A DNA stretch of 64,000 bases, taken from assembly GCA_963728565.1 (NCBI GenBank), contig CAVSLC010000028.1:1-64000 (forward strand), written 5' to 3'. The DNA is from an uncultured delta proteobacterium (lineage in GTDB: Bacteria; Desulfobacterota; Binatia; UBA9968). Under the pieces are notes generated by a model. The model saw only the letters and a program-made list of their open reading frames with translations. It did not search any database and was not told the origin of the DNA. Positions 60,738 through 64,000 of this stretch are shown here, piece after piece. Made by a program: the position numbers and the translations under genes. The first letter of the stretch is position 1; every line of letters begins with the position of its first letter.

Positions 60738-61745
60738 CTATCTGAACATTTCCCTGAACTTCTTGCTCCAGCTCTCCAGCTCTTCTTTACTCGGCAGCCG
60801 CATTACGACGATTTGATCGTCTTTCACATCTTTTTTGAACTTGTGGTCGGCCTCGGGGTGGAACACGTACTCGCCGTAATTGCCGAAGATGGTTTGCGCT
60901 TCAGGGCCAACAAAAAAATCCGTGAACAGGCGCGCCGCATTGGGGTGCGGCGCTTGCCGGTTGATCGCCACGAAGCTCAGCGAGGACAGGTATTTGTTCA
61001 TGCGCACGTACTCGATCGGTCCCGGATACTGGTATTTATCTTTGATGTAGCCGAGCGCAACCTGCACCTCTCCGGAAGTCAGCGGCTGGATCGTATCCGC
61101 AAGGCTCCGTCCGACCCGCGGATCGTTTTTCGCCCAGCCTTCAACGACCTGCAGCCATTTCGGGCCGATGAGCTTGTCGAGATTGAGAACGAACTGCAGT
61201 GTGGTCACGTGGATCCCAGGATTGGCCATGCCGAACTTGCCCTTCCACTTGGGATCGACCATTTCTTCCCAGGTCTTCGGCGCCTCCGATGTTTTCAAGA
61301 GCTGATGGTTGAAGTTGATGCCGTATGGGAGCACGCGCCAGGGCGTCATCTTTTTGTCCGCGTCGAGAAACTGCTTGGGATAGCCTTTTGCCGCTGGTGG
61401 CTCGAATACAGCAAAGAGATTTTTCTCATCGAGGCTGGCCATGACGACTTCATTGCCGAGGGTCACGTCGAATCCTGGCTTGCCCGCCCGCGCCTCGGCT
61501 AGCGAACGATTGATCAGCTCAGTCGCGTCGCCGCGCCAGTGGCGCAATTTGACGCCGTATTTCTTCTCGAAGGCGTCGCCGATGGCTTTCGCTGAACTGA
61601 CGGTGATGGCGCCGTAGAACATCACCTCGCCTTCCTTCTTCGCCGCTTCGATCAGCTCCGGGGTGATCTGCGCCACAAGGGTGATAGGTAACGTAAAAAC
61701 AAGCACGGCGATGGTCAGCGCCGCCCGCAAAACACGGTGCAACAT
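60738..61745 (-). CDS. ABC substrate-binding protein (Fe-type)
   Basis: Signal peptide; AAKKEG.V.FY, PKTWEE..DPKWKG, APHPNAARLF.DF. Confidence 0.85.
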   Translation of the reverse strand: MLHRVLRAALTIAVLVFTLPITLVAQITPELIEAAKKEGEVMFYGAITVSSAKAIGDAFEKKYGVKLRHWRGDATELINRSLAEARAGKPGFDVTLGNEVVMASLDEKNLFAVFEPPAAKGYPKQFLDADKKMTPWRVLPYGINFNHQLLKTSEAPKTWEEMVDPKWKGKFGMANPGIHVTTLQFVLNLDKLIGPKWLQVVEGWAKNDPRVGRSLADTIQPLTSGEVQVALGYIKDKYQYPGPIEYVRMNKYLSSLSFVAINRQAPHPNAARLFTDFFVGPEAQTIFGNYGEYVFHPEADHKFKKDVKDDQIVVMRLPSKEELESWSKKFREMFR

Positions 61746-61865
61746 TCTCTCCTCCTCAAGGGTTTGACCTCTTGTATCGCCGATGGTTTAGCGAATCAAC
61801 GTAGCTCACTGCCTTGAGTCCCTGACTGAACTACGCCAACTCATGAATGGGAGCAGCGGCTGCCG

Positions 61866-61975
61866 GGGCCGGTCCTGCGATACCACATTGTTCAATTCCT
61901 GTGCTCGATGTTTGAGCCTGCGGCTCACTGTAGTTTAATGAAATCCAAAGGGGCGGCAATCTCATGAAGGCGGCG
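61866..61975 (-). pseudogene. Second RAYT-like HTH 3' remnant
   Basis: About 90-bp degenerate direct repeat of 60292-60383; reads RLHEIAA...TTVSRRLK. Confidence 0.55.
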
Positions 61976-62257
61976 ATCGTCGCCCTTCAAGGAGGCAAGC
62001 AAGTGACTCGGCCCGCTACCTAGAGATGATGTATATCGCCGAGGCGCGCCATCGTGCCATTTCGTTTAATGCGTTTCTTTGCTTCGAATACCCAATGAAA
62101 ACACCGGCGACGAGCGCGCGGTGCGAATAGTCTTCGGCTATCGCTTCCGTCCTCAACGGCTTGAATAGAGCGCAGCGGTTTGACGTTTGCAACGATTGGA
62201 ACTGACTCCTAGAGCATCCCTCAGCAAGGCCATTTTGGCGCAAAGGCGGAAGTTACG

Positions 62258-62676
62258 TTGAACGTTTTTTTCGATTCCTCCGCCCTCGCTAAACGATACA
62301 TCGAAGAGAAGGAGAGCGATCCGGTTCAAGCCATACTCTCTTCTGCTGCAGCGTTAGCCTTCTCGGTCATCTGGGTTCCGGAAATCGTCTCCGCTCTGTG
62401 CTGCCTTCGGCACGAACGCAAACTTTCAACGGAAGAGTACCGAAATGCGAAGGCATCGGTTCTTACGGATGTCGATGACGCAACTGTGGTTGGCATTACT
62501 GAGGAAGTGATCGCTCACGGCGTGGCACTGCTCGAGCAGTTCTCGTCCGTAGCGCCGATGCGTTACATATCGCCTGTGCCTCGGAAAGGGCGATTGACCC
62601 ATTCGTTTCTGCCGACGACGGTCAGGGTAAAGCCGCGAGACGGCGCGGTCTGAGAGTCGAAGAAATAGGAGTATAG
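62258..62676 (+). pseudogene. vapC: VapC/PIN toxin, frameshifted near 62545; no intact antitoxin upstream
   Basis: FFDSSALAKRY..E, EIVSAL, then another frame RSADALHIACA...FVSAD..Q..AA...GL.V. Confidence 0.75.
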
Positions 62677-63169
62677 CCCAGTGGCCAACCCGAGCCGGCG
62701 CTAAATCGACCAGTTCTACTGGCAGTCCAGCCACACGTCCTCGCTGGGTATTTAGTAGTGCTCCGCTGTGCAATTCGCGGTTGAGTCTAGGAAAATCCCT
62801 GATCACTATCTCCTGAAATTTTTTAGAGATCCCGGGACATCAGGCTACCAAACCAGGTTGTATAGATTGTGGCGTAGCGAGTCTGCTCGCGAACGTCTCT
62901 GCCGAACTCCACGGTAATAGGATGCCCGTCGGTGTGATTGGCCACGTAAACCAGATTGGCAAAACGCGTGGCTGGTGAGAAATCGGATTGGCCGCAGCAA
63001 GAATCACCTGAACAATTTCTTTTCAAGCATCTGGTCTCATCTCGGTCCCAGAGAAGTTGAACGGAAGACACACCAGGGTCTACCATCCGTAGACCCTGTC
63101 CTGCTGCTCCACGACTTGCCGTGCTATATTCGTTTCACAAACCGAGGGAGCGATGGCCGCCGAGACTAT

Positions 63170-64000
63170 CTATCGGGGAGGAAGCGGACCGGCGCCGGAG
63201 AGCTTCTTCACCAATTCGTTGACCTCCGGATCGCGCGGAATCACTCGGATTCTTCTTTCCAGCTCCTCGGCAGACAGAAAAAGCAGATCTTCATTGAAAA
63301 GCTTTTTGTAATCACGGGCCAAGTCAGGGTCGGCGAACATTTTTTGCATTGACTGCTTTAGGATATTTACCCGATCCTGCGGGGTCCCCGGCGGAAATAC
63401 GTACGGCGCACCTGAGCTTCTAAAAGCGCGAAACACCTCCAGAAGCTTGTCTTCGATAGGTGATTTGACGAAACTCTGGAGCGGCCGCAGGCTGGCAAAG
63501 CGGGGATGGGGATGCTTGACTCCCTTCGGAATCTCCACGATGGTGTGGAAATCCATCAAATTCTTCTCCAACCAATCGGGATTCCGGAGCAACACGGTGG
63601 TTGTGAGATTTGACCTTGCGTCGATCTCTCCACGCAATAACGCGACGTCGACTTCAGGGCCTTGGTAACCGCTCACGAACTTGGGCTCCTTTAAACCCAT
63701 CAGGTACGCGAAAAACCGGCCCGCAATATAGCCGGAATGCCCCACATTCTGTGCGCCGAACCTGATACCCTGAGTGGCTAAAACCTTTTCTAGAGTATCC
63801 AAGCCGAGCTCTTTCCGAGTATAGAAAACTTGATGGTTGATGTAGTCGAGCGCCCCGAGGTAAACAAATTTATCGATGTCGTACAGGATGCCGGTTTCAC
63901 CGAGGAGGTTCTGCGAGACGATGGTGGCGCTCATGGACCCCAGCGTGAGCCCGTCCGGCCGGGCTGTTCGGAACATGTAATTCGCCGCCTTCCGACCGCC
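63170..64000 (-). CDS. Tripartite tricarboxylate transporter substrate-binding protein (TctC/Bug), 5'-truncated by window edge
   Basis: AANYM...ARPDGLT, V.GY.G.E...A..RGE.D, PPGTP.DRV..L. Confidence 0.8.
   Translation of the reverse strand, partial: GGRKAANYMFRTARPDGLTLGSMSATIVSQNLLGETGILYDIDKFVYLGALDYINHQVFYTRKELGLDTLEKVLATQGIRFGAQNVGHSGYIAGRFFAYLMGLKEPKFVSGYQGPEVDVALLRGEIDARSNLTTTVLLRNPDWLEKNLMDFHTIVEIPKGVKHPHPRFASLRPLQSFVKSPIEDKLLEVFRAFRSSGAPYVFPPGTPQDRVNILKQSMQKMFADPDLARDYKKLFNEDLLFLSAEELERRIRVIPRDPEVNELVKKLSGAGPLPPR

Noticed and set aside
62680-63160. Short ORFs after the vapC pseudogene
   Set aside because: No recognisable motifs or SD; a call cannot be supported.

Overview
Bacterial chromosomal window of roughly 57-60% GC (estimated by eye). 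The gene content suggests Candidatus Binatia-like bacteria (inference): many orphan substrate-binding proteins, amidohydrolases, UbiD, MmgE/PrpD and VOC enzymes. It holds about 55 CDS, including a class I fumarase, a molybdopterin oxidoreductase, a UvrD-like helicase, an Fpg-like glycosylase, TrmJ, a selA-selB-selD cluster, a Tad pseudopilin trio and two decayed vapC toxin genes. selD carries an in-frame UGA (Sec) and a SECIS-like hairpin. The intergenic space is the most informative part. (i) A 532-bp internally deleted IS110-family element at 59691-60222 keeps both ends, a 5-bp duplicated core, a split -35/-10 promoter and a structured downstream non-coding end with a 9-nt match to its own target (candidate bridge RNA). 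(ii) A MITE-like family has five near-complete copies plus fragments, with covarying termini; three copies punctuate the sel cluster. (iii) An unassigned ~150-nt structured RNA candidate with a thrice-repeated motif lies upstream of the Mo enzyme. (iv) There are RAYT-like transposase remnants and several 7/8/9-nt periodic repeats. Several single-base frameshifts may be assembly errors. No rRNA, tRNA (including selC) or CRISPR array was recognised. All calls are by eye, with no database searches.
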